Source of the DNA: Acidimicrobiia bacterium
Lineage (GTDB): Bacteria; Actinomycetota; Acidimicrobiia; Spongiisociales; DATADW01
DNA: 54,727 bases
NCBI GenBank assembly: GCA_036258335.1
Contig: DATADW010000382.1
Coordinates: 1-54,727 of the forward strand
Direction of reading: 5' to 3'
Shown here: positions 19,099-30,612 of the stretch, piece by piece
How positions within the stretch are numbered: the first letter of the stretch is position 1
Layout: every line of letters begins with the position of its first letter
Program-made: the position numbers and the translations under genes
Notes under the pieces: generated by a model
Told to the model about the DNA's origin: nothing
The model's database searches: none
What the model saw: only the letters and a program-made list of their open reading frames with translations

Positions 19099-20697
19099 AT
19101 GCGCCCGCTCCCCACCCGGGTCGACCAAGCCGACCACGAGTTCGTCGCCAACCGGAGCTGGATGTTGGAGCGTCTCGACGAGTTCGAGGCGTTGCTGGCG
19201 CAGGCTCGCGCCGGCGGGGGCGAGAAGTACGTGGCTCGTCACCGCTCGCGGGGGAAGCTACTGGCGCGAGAGCGGATCGAGATGCTGCTCGATCGGGATT
19301 CACCCTTCCTGGAGCTGTCCACCCTGGCGGCGTGGGGTTCGGACAAGCCCCTCGGCGCCAATGTGGTCACCGGGATCGGGGTGATCTCCGGTGCGGAATG
19401 CGTCATCTCGGCCCACGATCCGACCAGCCAGGCAGGGTCGTCCAACCGCTACTCGCTGGCCAAGTCGCTGCGAGCGCAGGACATCGCGATGGAGAACCGG
19501 CTCCCTCTGGTCAACCTGGTCGAGTCCGGAGGCGCCGACTTGCCCGACCAAGCCGAGGTGTTCATCACGGGCGGCAAATGGTTCCGCAACCTCACCCAGC
19601 TGTCAAAGAAGGGCATCCCAACGATCGCCATCGTCTTCGGAAGCTCTACTGCGGGTGGGGCGTACGTCCCAGCCATGTGCGACTACTCGGTGATGGTCAA
19701 GGAGCGGGCCAAGGTATTCCTGGGCGGGCCACCGCTCGTCAGGATGGCCACCGGTGAGGAATCAACAGACGAGGAGCTGGGCGGGGCCGAAATGCACTCC
19801 CGGACTTCTGGGCTGTCGGACTACTTCGCCCTCGACGAGCTCGACGCCATCCGCATCGGCCGCGAGATCGTGGTTCATCTCAACTGGCGGAAGATGGGTC
19901 CGGGCCCGAGCATGCCGGCCGAGGAGCCCATACACGACCCGGAGGACCTCCTCGGGATCATCCCACGAGACCCGCGCGTCCCGTTCGACATGCGCGAAGT
20001 GCTGGCCAGGGTCCTCGACGGCTCACTCTTTGACGAGTACAAGCCGCTCTACGGGACGTCGATGGTCACCGGTTGGGGGTCGATCCACGGCTTCCCGGTG
20101 GGGGTCGTAGCCAACCAGCAGGGTGTCATCTTCTCCGAGGAAGCTCACAAGGCCACCGAGTTCATCCAGCTGTGCAACCGCTACGACACCCCGATCGTCT
20201 TCGTCCACAACACCACCGGGTACATGGTGGGGAGGGACTACGAGCAGAGGGGGATCATCAAGGACGGGGCCAAGATGATCAATGCTGTGGCCAACTCCAC
20301 GGTTCCCCATCTCGCGCTCATGGCCGGCGTCTCTTATGGGGCGGGCAACTACGGGATGAGCGGCAAGTCGTACAACCCCCGGTTCGTCTTTGGCTGGCCC
20401 ACCCACAAGGTGGCGGTCATGGGCCCCAGGCAACTCGCCGGGGTGATGTCGATCATCGGAAGGCAGGCGGCCGAGGCGCAGGGACGACCCTTCGACGAGG
20501 ACGCCGACGCCGCCATGCGGGCCTCCATCGAGCAACAGATCGAGCACGAGGAACTGGCCTATTTCTCCACCTCCCGCGTCCGCGACGACGGGCTGTTCGA
20601 CCCGCGCGACACCAGGACCGTGCTCGGGATCGGTCTCTCCGCCGCCCACTCCGGCGAGGTGCGTGGCACCGCCGAGTTCGGCGTCTTCCGGATGTAA
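19099..20697 (+). CDS. Acyl-CoA carboxylase carboxyltransferase (beta) subunit, methylcrotonyl-CoA-carboxylase-like
   Basis: 532 aa. GKLLARERIEMLLDRDSPFLELSTLAAWG plus both carboxyltransferase halves. Confidence 0.85.
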   Translation: MRPLPTRVDQADHEFVANRSWMLERLDEFEALLAQARAGGGEKYVARHRSRGKLLARERIEMLLDRDSPFLELSTLAAWGSDKPLGANVVTGIGVISGAECVISAHDPTSQAGSSNRYSLAKSLRAQDIAMENRLPLVNLVESGGADLPDQAEVFITGGKWFRNLTQLSKKGIPTIAIVFGSSTAGGAYVPAMCDYSVMVKERAKVFLGGPPLVRMATGEESTDEELGGAEMHSRTSGLSDYFALDELDAIRIGREIVVHLNWRKMGPGPSMPAEEPIHDPEDLLGIIPRDPRVPFDMREVLARVLDGSLFDEYKPLYGTSMVTGWGSIHGFPVGVVANQQGVIFSEEAHKATEFIQLCNRYDTPIVFVHNTTGYMVGRDYEQRGIIKDGAKMINAVANSTVPHLALMAGVSYGAGNYGMSGKSYNPRFVFGWPTHKVAVMGPRQLAGVMSIIGRQAAEAQGRPFDEDADAAMRASIEQQIEHEELAYFSTSRVRDDGLFDPRDTRTVLGIGLSAAHSGEVRGTAEFGVFRM

Positions 20698-20740
20698 TGC
20701 GCCAGCCGTCCATCTCGGCACCACAACTACCCTCAGCCAT

Positions 20741-22708
20741 GTGACCCGCATCACCAAGCTGGTCGTGGCCAACCGGGGCGAAATCGCCCGACGGGTTGCC
20801 CGCACCGCCAAGGCGATGGGGATGGCCACCGTCGCTGTCTTCTCCGAACCGGACTCCGATGCGCCGTTCGTCGCCGAAGCCGACGAGTCGGTGCCGCTCG
20901 GTGGGACCACCCCTGCCGACTCCTATCTCCGAGGCGACCGCATCATCGCCGCCGCCAAGCTGACCGGTGCCGATGCAGTTCATCCGGGGTACGGGTTTCT
21001 CGCCGAGAGCGCCTCCTTTGCCCAGGCCGTCATCGACGCCGGACTGGTGTGGGTGGGACCCCCGCCGTCTGCGATCGCGGCGATGGGCTCGAAGCTCGAG
21101 GCGAAACGGATCATGGAGGAGGCCGGGGTTCCCGCCCTCCCCTCGATCGACTTGACCGGCCTTGACGAAGATGGAATGGCGAACGCTGCCGAACAGATCG
21201 GGTGGCCGGTCCTGGTAAAGGCGTCGGCCGGTGGCGGCGGCAAGGGAATGCGGGTGGTGCATGGCCGTGGCGACCTTGGCGAGGCGGTGGAAGGGGCCGC
21301 CAGGGAAGCCGGGTCGGCCTTTGGTGATGCCACCGTCTTCTTGGAGCACTATCTGGAGAGGGCGCGCCACGTCGAGATCCAGGTGGTCGCCGACGGCTTG
21401 GGGGCGGTCGCTCATCTCTTTGAGCGGGACTGCTCGATCCAGCGCCGTCACCAGAAGATCATCGAGGAGTCCCCGTCGCCTGCCGTCGGGTCAGAGCTGC
21501 GAAGTCGTATGGGTGAGGCGGCCACCGCCGCCGCCCGTGCGGTCGGATACGTCTCGGCAGGGACCGTCGAATTCCTCCTGCACGAAGGGCAGTTCTGGTT
21601 CCTCGAGATGAACACCCGGCTCCAAGTGGAGCACCCGGTGACGGAGGCGGTCACCGGACTCGATCTGGTGCGGCTCCAGCTGCGCATCGCCCAAGGCGAG
21701 CCGCTCCCTCCCGAGGTGGCCGCCGCCGAGATGCTTGGCCACGCCGTCGAAGCCCGGCTCTACGCCGAGGATCCCGCCACCTACTTCCTGCCAGCGACTG
21801 GCACGCTGCACCGTTTCCGTATCACCCACCCAGGCGTCCGGGTCGATAGCGGTGTCGAGGATGGCTCGGCGGTAACCGTCTACTACGACCCGATGCTGGC
21901 CAAGGTGATCGCCCGCGCCCCGAACCGCACCGAGGCAGTGGCGGTGCTGACCGCTGCCCTCGCCGGCGCCGAGATCCACGGGGTCACCACCAACCGCGAT
22001 CTGCTGGTGCGGGTGCTCCGGCATCCCGATTTCACCGCCGGGCAGGCCGATACCGGTTTCCTCGAGCGACACGATCCGGCCGAGTTGGGCGGACCACTCC
22101 CCACCGCCTCCGAGACGTCGCTCCACGCCGTCGCCGCGGCGCTGGCCGTCCAGGCGGAGCGACGGGTGGAGCCGCCGGTGCTTGCGGGCGTGCCCTCAGG
22201 GTGGCGCAACAACCCATCGCAGCCGCAACGGGTCGATTTCGACGGGCCGCACGGAACGGTGGCGGTCGGCTATCGGTTCGCCCGAGCGGGACTCGAGGTC
22301 GAGGTCGACGGCGTCTCGGTGCCAGGTCTGGCGGTGCACCAGGTGACGGCCACATGGGTGGACATCGAGTCCGATGGGGTTCGCCGCAGGTACCGGGTTC
22401 ATCGCCGCGGAAGGGACACCTGGGTGGACGGTCCCGAGGGCTGCTCGCACCTGGTGGAGCATCTTCGTTTCCCCGATGCGGTCGCCGAGGAGATCCCAGG
22501 CTCGCTCCATGCCCCGATGCCGGGGCGGGTGGTCAAGGTGCTGGTCGCCGAGAACGACCCGGTCGTGGCGGGGCAGGCGTTGTTGGTGCTCGAGGCCATG
22601 AAGATGGAGCACACGCTTCGTGCCCCTCATACCGGAAAAGTGATCTCGGTGAAGGCGCAGCCGGAAGACCAAGTGGAAGCCGCACAGACCCTAATTGTCG
22701 TGGAGTGA
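20741..22708 (+). CDS. Acyl-CoA carboxylase alpha subunit (biotin carboxylase plus BCCP domain)
   Basis: A GTG 20741 start gives VTRITKLVVANRGEIARRV. ATP-grasp core present. C-terminal biotinylation motif LVLEAMKMEH. Confidence 0.85.
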   Translation: MTRITKLVVANRGEIARRVARTAKAMGMATVAVFSEPDSDAPFVAEADESVPLGGTTPADSYLRGDRIIAAAKLTGADAVHPGYGFLAESASFAQAVIDAGLVWVGPPPSAIAAMGSKLEAKRIMEEAGVPALPSIDLTGLDEDGMANAAEQIGWPVLVKASAGGGGKGMRVVHGRGDLGEAVEGAAREAGSAFGDATVFLEHYLERARHVEIQVVADGLGAVAHLFERDCSIQRRHQKIIEESPSPAVGSELRSRMGEAATAAARAVGYVSAGTVEFLLHEGQFWFLEMNTRLQVEHPVTEAVTGLDLVRLQLRIAQGEPLPPEVAAAEMLGHAVEARLYAEDPATYFLPATGTLHRFRITHPGVRVDSGVEDGSAVTVYYDPMLAKVIARAPNRTEAVAVLTAALAGAEIHGVTTNRDLLVRVLRHPDFTAGQADTGFLERHDPAELGGPLPTASETSLHAVAAALAVQAERRVEPPVLAGVPSGWRNNPSQPQRVDFDGPHGTVAVGYRFARAGLEVEVDGVSVPGLAVHQVTATWVDIESDGVRRRYRVHRRGRDTWVDGPEGCSHLVEHLRFPDAVAEEIPGSLHAPMPGRVVKVLVAENDPVVAGQALLVLEAMKMEHTLRAPHTGKVISVKAQPEDQVEAAQTLIVVE

Positions 22709-22750
22709 GCAACCCGACAAGGCCCGGACTCCCCGAGTAGCGTCGGCCTG

Positions 22751-23530
22751 GTGGACGATGTCCTCGCCGACCTGGACCAGATAGAGCGCAAGCTCGACGC
22801 CATCCTCGAGCCGCTCGACGACGAGGCGTGGCAACGGCCCACACCCGCCGAGGGCTGGAGCATCGGGGACACGGTGAGCCACCTCGCCTGGTTTGAGGAA
22901 CAGGCCGAGCTTGCGGCCCGGGACCCGGACAAATTCGCCTCATCGGTCAACGAATTGCTCGGCGGTGGGGTCGACGGGTACATGGCCGTCGCCATCGACC
23001 TGGGGAAGGGCAAACCAGGGTCAGAGCTCCTCGATTGGTGGCGCCGGGCGCGGGGCGCCGCTCAGGATGCGTTCCGCCAGCTCGACCCGGCGGCGCGGGT
23101 CGTCTGGTTCGGCCCGTCGATGGCGAGCCGCACCTTCGTCGGTGCGCGGGTGATGGAGACCTTCGCCCATGGCACCGACATCGCCGATGCCCTCGAGGTC
23201 CAATTCCTGGCAGGCGGCGCGCTGCGCCACGTGGCTGCGCTCGGTGTCAAGACCTTCGGTTGGAGCTTCCAAAACCGCGAGCTAGCAGTCCCCGACCACA
23301 GGGTGAGGGTCGAGTTGACCGACAGCGACGGCGAGGTGCACCGCTGGAACGAGAACGAAACTCAGTCCGTGGTGGGCACGCTCGAGGACTTCTCGCTGGT
23401 GGTGACGCAGCGGCGTCACGTCGACGACACCGGGCTCACCGTCGATGGCCCCACCGCCCGACAGTGGATGGAGATCGCCCAGTGCTTCGCCGGCCCGCCC
23501 GGGCCGGGACGCCAGCCGGCAAAAGGGTGA
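22751..23530 (+). CDS. DinB-like/mycothiol-dependent maleylpyruvate-isomerase-family metal-binding protein
   Basis: 259 aa, GTG start. WSIGDTVSHLAWFEEQA shows the DinB-type His. The family assignment is from memory (TIGR03084-like). Confidence 0.55.
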   Translation: MDDVLADLDQIERKLDAILEPLDDEAWQRPTPAEGWSIGDTVSHLAWFEEQAELAARDPDKFASSVNELLGGGVDGYMAVAIDLGKGKPGSELLDWWRRARGAAQDAFRQLDPAARVVWFGPSMASRTFVGARVMETFAHGTDIADALEVQFLAGGALRHVAALGVKTFGWSFQNRELAVPDHRVRVELTDSDGEVHRWNENETQSVVGTLEDFSLVVTQRRHVDDTGLTVDGPTARQWMEIAQCFAGPPGPGRQPAKG

Positions 23531-23546
23531 CTCCCGGCCGATAGAG

Positions 23547-24539
23547 CTAAAGCTGGAGGTCGGCGGTCTCCAGCTCGTCGAGAAGCGGCGAATCGGCGAC
23601 CTCGGCTGGGGTCGGCTTGCCCGCTCTGACGAAGGCTGCCCCGCCGGCGAGCAACCCGGCTGCAGCCGGGATCCAATACGACACCAGCCGGTAGACGAGC
23701 ACCGCGGGAAGACTGGTTTGGGGATCGACTCCGAACGCCGCCAGAGCCCCGATCAGGCCGGCTTCGACCAGCCCTATCCCTCCCGGCGGTCCGGGCAGGC
23801 CGCCGACCAGCTGCGAGAACCCGTATGCGGCGAGCAGGGCGGGCACGGGTAGGTCGATCCCGACCGACCGGAGCACCAACCCGAGCGCCAGCACCTCGAA
23901 ACCGGTACGGGCGAGGACGGTCATGACCTCGACCGGTGTCACCGGACGGTCGATGAGCGTCGCCGAGACCCGCTTGCGCACTCCCTCGGGGAGGAGGCCG
24001 ACCAACGACGCCAACCGGCCGGACCCGGCCCAGAACACGCCGCCGAGCACGGTGAGGGCGGTCCCCAACATCACCATCGACACGCTGAGAGTCGTCTCCT
24101 GGCCGATGGATGCGGCCCAGAGGGCACCGACGCCGGTGACCACCAGCAACGAGCCGTAGGCGAGCACGGTCGCCCTCGCCGCCGGGCCACCCGTCCTGGG
24201 TGCCTCCCGTCGAACCGTCCAAGCCATGGCGGCCGGGGTGAAGACGCCGCCTGCGGGGATGAGGCGGGCAACCCCGGTGGCCACCAGGGCAGCCTTGAAG
24301 CCGCCCCACCGGCTCACTGATATGCCCGAAAGCGAGGCCGCTTCGATGAAGTTGAGCCCGAAGGCTGCGATGGCAGCGGTGTGGGCCAGCAAAGCCGCCA
24401 CCAGCGACAGCCATTCCGTCAGGTCGAACGCCGGGAGCCGGGTCCGCTCGCCGAGGAAGCCCACCGCCACCAGGTAGGCGCCCACCCCGAGCGCCACCCA
24501 TGCCGGCCATTGCAGCCAGCGCGACTTCGGAAGCCGCAC
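23547..24539 (-). CDS. Flippase-like/lysyl-phosphatidylglycerol-synthase TM-region family (UPF0104) membrane protein
   Basis: Multi-TM protein. Start moved to GTG 24539, 2 nt after the plsY stop, because the ORF-track start would overlap plsY by 256 nt. Confidence 0.6.
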   Translation of the reverse strand: MRLPKSRWLQWPAWVALGVGAYLVAVGFLGERTRLPAFDLTEWLSLVAALLAHTAAIAAFGLNFIEAASLSGISVSRWGGFKAALVATGVARLIPAGGVFTPAAMAWTVRREAPRTGGPAARATVLAYGSLLVVTGVGALWAASIGQETTLSVSMVMLGTALTVLGGVFWAGSGRLASLVGLLPEGVRKRVSATLIDRPVTPVEVMTVLARTGFEVLALGLVLRSVGIDLPVPALLAAYGFSQLVGGLPGPPGGIGLVEAGLIGALAAFGVDPQTSLPAVLVYRLVSYWIPAAAGLLAGGAAFVRAGKPTPAEVADSPLLDELETADLQL

Positions 24540-24541
24540 CC

Positions 24542-25174
24542 TCAGCGGTCCAGCTTGCTCACGGCGCGGTCGGTGTCGAAGAGAATCCGGCGGGCGGCGG
24601 CATGCCAACCGGGGACCGCATCGCTGTTGCCCTGAATCCGACGGATGAGGATGAGCACGGCGAGGCCGGCGGTCACCGGGACCGCCACCTGCGGCACGTC
24701 GACCAAGGCGGCGACGAAGGGGAGAGCGGTCCAGCCGATGAACCCGGCCACGCCTCCCCCGATCCACCATCCGGCGATAGCCCATCCGGTCGGCCAAAGG
24801 AGCAGCAGGGGCGATATGGCGAGGACGACACCCGCCGCGGTGGCCAGCCCACGCCCCGACCGGAACCCGAGGAAGATCGACCAGTTGTGACCAACCACGG
24901 TGGCGAGGGCGGTGACGACGAGGACGGCGTCTGGGACCTTCCCCAGGAGAGCCAGCACGACGAAGAGGCCCTTGAACCCATCGAGCAGCCCGGCGGTCAA
25001 AGCAGCGGGGAAGCCGACCACCCGCCGCAGATTTCCCGCCCCCGGGTTACCGGTGCCCACGGTGCGAAGGTCTACGCCGGAAGCCTTCCCGGCGAGGAAG
25101 CAAAAAGGGATCGAGCCGATCAGGTATGCCCCCACGGGCAAGACCAGCAGCAGCCACCATTCGTTCATCGTCAC
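24542..25174 (-). CDS. plsY: Glycerol-3-phosphate acyltransferase PlsY
   Basis: YLIGSIPF, GTGNPGAGN and VVGHNWSIFLGFRSGRG motifs. Confidence 0.9.
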   Translation of the reverse strand: MTMNEWWLLLVLPVGAYLIGSIPFCFLAGKASGVDLRTVGTGNPGAGNLRRVVGFPAALTAGLLDGFKGLFVVLALLGKVPDAVLVVTALATVVGHNWSIFLGFRSGRGLATAAGVVLAISPLLLLWPTGWAIAGWWIGGGVAGFIGWTALPFVAALVDVPQVAVPVTAGLAVLILIRRIQGNSDAVPGWHAAARRILFDTDRAVSKLDR

Positions 25175-25230
25175 CGTGCACCCATCCCGGCGGCGACGTT
25201 ACCAGCAGGTCCCCAAGGGGCCCTATGACC

Positions 25231-26400
25231 TCAGTCCACCTTCCATTCCCTCTCCAGCGTGTCGGCGAGGTGTGGTGCGAACAACTCGGGCTCGAGAAGG
25301 AAGGAGTCGTGGCCCTTGTCGGAGTGGACGGTGATCCTCCTCACAGGGACCCCGGCGGCTTTGAGCGCGCCGACCAGCGCCTCTTGCTCCTCGGGGTAAT
25401 AACAGACGTCCGAATCGATGCTGAACACCATGTAGCGCTGGTGGCGGCAACGGGCGAAGGCGGGCACGGCCGAGCCGCCGTGCTCGGCGACCAGGTCGTA
25501 GCGCTGCCATGCCTCCATGAGCAGTAGGTAGGTGTTGGCGTCGAAGCGGCGGACGAACTTGCTCCCTTGGTGCCACATGTACGACTCGAGCGGGTGGCGG
25601 ATCCGGCCGCCCAGCGCCTCACCCGGCGACGTCACCTCCCCCCTGGCGCGCTCCTCGATGGCGGAGAGCGAAACGAATGTCTTGTGCCCGATCATCCGTG
25701 CCAGAGCCAGACCCCGATCGGGCGACGGCCCTTGGTAGAAGTCACCACCGGCGAAATCCGGGTCGTGGAGGATGGCCACCTTCTGCTCGAAGTTGTGGAG
25801 GCGCTGCAGCGCCGTGGTCTGCAGCCCGGCGGCTATCGGGATGACGATCGAGACCCGCTGGGGGTACCGGGTGGCCAGGCTGAGACACATCTGCCCACCG
25901 ACCGACCCCCCCACCACAGCGTGGAGACGGTCGATCCCGAGGTGGTCGAGCAACCGAACCTGGCTGTCGACTATGTCGTCGAAGGTCACCGCCGGAAAGC
26001 TCGACCCGTAGTGGCGGCCGGTCATCGGGTCGAGGCTGGCCGGGCCCGTGGACCCATAGCAGCCACCCAGGTAGTTGACGCAGATCACCGCGAAACGATC
26101 GGTGTCGATGGCGCGGCCCGGCCCGATGAAGGCGTCCCACCATCCCAGGCAGCACTCCTCGGTCCACCGGTCGCCTATCCCGGCCACCATCTCGTTCCAC
26201 CCTGCGGCGTGCTGGCTCCCGGTGAGAGCATGGATGACCAGGACCACGTTGTCTCTCTCCGGGGAGACCTCGCCATACAACTCGTAGGCCAGGGTCACCT
26301 GGGCGAGCGATGCGCCGCTCTGGAGGCGCACCGGATCGTCCGGTCCTCCGTAGGTGAAGAACCGAGTGGTGGCGGAACCGATCGACCCACCCAGATCCAT
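25231..26400 (-). CDS. metX: Homoserine O-acetyltransferase
   Basis: 389 aa. HALTGSQHAAGW, GWWDAFIGPGRAIDTDRF, VVGGSVGGQM (nucleophile elbow). No Shine-Dalgarno sequence; the leader is the pyrimidine face of a heptamer array. Confidence 0.85.
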   Translation of the reverse strand: MDLGGSIGSATTRFFTYGGPDDPVRLQSGASLAQVTLAYELYGEVSPERDNVVLVIHALTGSQHAAGWNEMVAGIGDRWTEECCLGWWDAFIGPGRAIDTDRFAVICVNYLGGCYGSTGPASLDPMTGRHYGSSFPAVTFDDIVDSQVRLLDHLGIDRLHAVVGGSVGGQMCLSLATRYPQRVSIVIPIAAGLQTTALQRLHNFEQKVAILHDPDFAGGDFYQGPSPDRGLALARMIGHKTFVSLSAIEERARGEVTSPGEALGGRIRHPLESYMWHQGSKFVRRFDANTYLLLMEAWQRYDLVAEHGGSAVPAFARCRHQRYMVFSIDSDVCYYPEEQEALVGALKAAGVPVRRITVHSDKGHDSFLLEPELFAPHLADTLEREWKVD

Positions 26401-26403
26401 GTG

Positions 26404-26450
26404 GGCGGAACCGTAGACGGAAGGCGGAAGACGGAAGACGGAAGGCGGAA
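26404..26450 (+). repeat. Tandem heptamer array (GRCGGAA)n between the vapC stop and the metX start
   Basis: GGCGGAA-ccgta-GACGGAA-GGCGGAA-GACGGAA-GACGGAA-GGCGGAA, continuing with 7-nt phasing into GCAGTCC-CGAGTCC (to 26464). Confidence 0.85.
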
Positions 26451-26466
26451 GCAGTCCCGAGTCCCA

Positions 26467-26877
26467 TCACTCGGAGAGTGAATCCGGGTCGAGGTCGATT
26501 TCGACTACGGCGGCGATGCGATTGAGGTCGGCGTCGTGGACCAGCAGAGATGCTCTGGTCCGCCAGGCAACCGCGGCGATCATGCAGTCGACCATCCCCC
26601 TCGGAGTGATCCCTGAGCGTCGGCACCGCCGGTAGATGGTGGCAGCGCCTTCGAAGTCGACCACCGAATCGAACCGGAGGAGATGGAATCTCAGCAGCAG
26701 GCGCCGGAGGTCGGCAGCGCTCGCTTCGTCGCGAGCTCCGGCGAGCACTTCCATCGCAACGGGCTCGGTGACGGCGAGTTCGTCGCCGGCCGCGATCAGC
26801 TCTGTGAGACGCCGATCTACCGGGCTGCCCGTTCCCCGGTCGTACTCGACCCAGGCCGAGGTGTCGGCAAGTATCAC
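26467..26877 (-). CDS. vapC: PIN-domain toxin VapC
   Basis: 136 aa. MILADTSAWVEY (first acidic residue), EVLAG, MVDCMIAAVA, LVHDADL. 4-nt overlap with vapB. Confidence 0.85.
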   Translation of the reverse strand: MILADTSAWVEYDRGTGSPVDRRLTELIAAGDELAVTEPVAMEVLAGARDEASAADLRRLLLRFHLLRFDSVVDFEGAATIYRRCRRSGITPRGMVDCMIAAVAWRTRASLLVHDADLNRIAAVVEIDLDPDSLSE

Positions 26878-27086
26878 GACCCGCCAGTGGGGCCAGCATC
26901 CTCGGGCGGAGTTTCCATGGCGTGGGCGCCACGCATCTTCAGGGCCTCCTCACGGGTCATCGGCAACCCGGCGAGCTGTCTGAGGGCAAGGTCGACAGCC
27001 TCGGTCTTGGTCCTGACCCCGTAGCGGTCCATGATTGCCTCGACATAGCGGCTGTCGATTTCGATGTTGGTGCGAACCCGGGTCAT
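26874..27086 (-). CDS. vapB: VapB-family antitoxin (DUF2191/Arc-like)
   Basis: A 70-aa reading from ATG 27086: MTRVRTNIEIDSRYVEAIMDRYGVRTKTEAVDLALRQL. The longer ORF-track extension runs into repeat sequence. Confidence 0.8.
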   Translation of the reverse strand: MTRVRTNIEIDSRYVEAIMDRYGVRTKTEAVDLALRQLAGLPMTREEALKMRGAHAMETPPEDAGPTGGS

Positions 27087-27127
27087 ACACCAAATATACA
27101 CGCTAGGTGTAGAAATGGTGTACCACT
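27087..27127 (-). promoter_or_regulatory. Candidate vapBC promoter/operator
   Basis: Locally AT-richer. On the minus strand, GGTACACC-ATTTC-TACACC-TAGC-GTGTA-TATTT-GGTGTA precedes the ATG. It includes the inverted repeat TACAC(N5)GTGTA (27097-27111) and a TATATT -10-like hexamer. Confidence 0.4.
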
Positions 27128-27189
27128 TGGATGGCAAATAGGTCGCGCCATCACCCTCCCCAACCACCCCTTCCCCCACCGAGATGGGA

Positions 27190-27224
27190 AACGGAAGGTG
27201 GAAGACGGAAGTCGGGAGTCGGGA
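27190..27224 (+). repeat. Tandem heptamer array upstream of vapB
   Basis: AACGGAA-GGTGGAA-GACGGAA-GTCGGGA-GTCGGGA, in the same orientation as the 26404-26450 array. It lies inside a segment bounded by the inverted repeat GGTGTACCACT (27117-27127) / AGTGGTACAC (27230-27239). Confidence 0.8.
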
Positions 27225-27336
27225 CGGGGAGTGGTACACGGCACGAGTGTTTACCATCGGGAAGAGGCCCGACACCAAGTGTCCGTCCCATGCTGTCCCG
27301 CTCTGTCGTCCTAGCCGGGGAGCGGACGGGACCAAC

Positions 27337-29648
<2,312 letters not shown>

Positions 29649-29652
<4 letters not shown>

Positions 29653-30317
29653 CGATTGCTCTCCTTCTTCGGTCGGACATAGATCTCGCGGGCCAACCGG
29701 TTCCCCAAAGTGCGCTCGCTGCCGGCGACACTCAGGGTGAGCGGCCCCTCGAACCTCTGCTTTTCCTTCAGTTGGACCTCGACACCGGGGCGAATCCCCA
29801 ACTCGTTGAGAAAGCTCACCACGTCGGGGTTGGTTGTGCCCGGTATCGCCACCTCGGCGACGTCTCCCGGCTCCAACGTGTCGAGCGTCGGTAGGACCGG
29901 AAGGCTATCGGCATCTCCGGTGGGGATGGAGAACCCGTGGGGACAGGTGGTAGGTCGGCCCAGCGCCACGAAGAGACGCTCCTCGACCTCCTGTGGCAGA
30001 TGGTGCTCGAAGGTCACCGATAGGGCATCAGCCTCATCCCATCGGTACCCGAGCGTGTCCGCCAGGAACCGCTCCACTATCCGATGGCGGCGGATTGCAG
30101 CCACCGCCAGTCGGCTTCCTTTCGGGGTGAGTGTCACCCCTTGATACGGGGCATGGTCAACCAGGCCATCGGCGGTGAGTCTCTTCACCCGGCTTGTTGC
30201 GGTTGCCGGGCTGCACCCCAAGGCAACCGCGAGATCGCCGGTCCGCGCATCTGCGCCATTCTGGGCAAGCCGCCAGATCGCTTTGAGCGCCTCGCGCTCC
30301 TGTTGGTTGATCAACAC
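29649..30317 (-). CDS. DtxR/IdeR/MntR-family metal-dependent transcriptional regulator with a FeoA/SH3-like C-domain
   Basis: HTH TGDLAVALGCSPATATSRVKRLTADGLV and dimerisation helix RRHRIVERFLADTLG. The stop overlaps the hppA start (ATGA). The start is uncertain (GTG 30317, TTG 30314 or further upstream). Confidence 0.75.
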
Positions 30318-30399
30318 GGGGCGAGACCGTAGAGGGCGGGGTTTCAGCTTGTCAAAACCCAAAGTTACGAGTGGTGCAAGGTGAAGTTGCACGTCTCAA

Positions 30400-30612
30400 G
30401 TCGGAAGACGAAGGACAGAAGACGGAAGAACGACGGTACCGACTGGCAAGGGAAACACTGTCGGAGTGAGGTCACCCAATCAAGGAAAGAGAGCCATGAT
30501 TCTCGCGGAATTCCCCGCTTCGGCTTGCGTCCCCCCGTTGGCCCGCACCGGAGGAGGCAGATTCTCGCCCTAGGCGAGCGGATTGACTTCCGACTTCCGA
30601 CTTCCGTCTTGT
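30400..30612. repeat. Intergenic element E4 bounded by inverted heptamer arrays
   Basis: The left array is GTCGGAA-GACGAAG-GACAGAA-GACGGAA-GAACGAC (30400-30434). The right array is GACTTCC x3 then GTCTTGT (30585-30612), the reverse complement of GGAAGTC. The interior holds CGTCCCCCC and the CTCGCC-CTA-GGCGAG hairpin. Confidence 0.75.

Noticed and set aside
26404-26466. The heptamer arrays as a possible CRISPR or minisatellite locus
   Set aside because: The period is 7 nt, there are no spacers and there are no cas genes. They are reported as repeat-family termini instead.
26401-26466. An expected SAM-type riboswitch upstream of metX
   Set aside because: Only 66 nt separate vapC from metX and the interval is filled by the heptamer array. 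No riboswitch-like helices are visible.
26467-27240. Calling vapBC plus its flanking arrays a mobile element
   Set aside because: The window contains no integrase, transposase, clear target-site duplication or empty-site comparison. It is kept as a hypothesis in the findings, not as a mobile_element feature.
30318-30612. An IdeR/DtxR iron-box operator upstream of the DtxR-family gene (also sought at 34182-34321)
   Set aside because: I found no sequence resembling the 19-bp TTAGGTTAGGCTAACCTAA-type palindrome by eye. The regulator's operator therefore remains unidentified.
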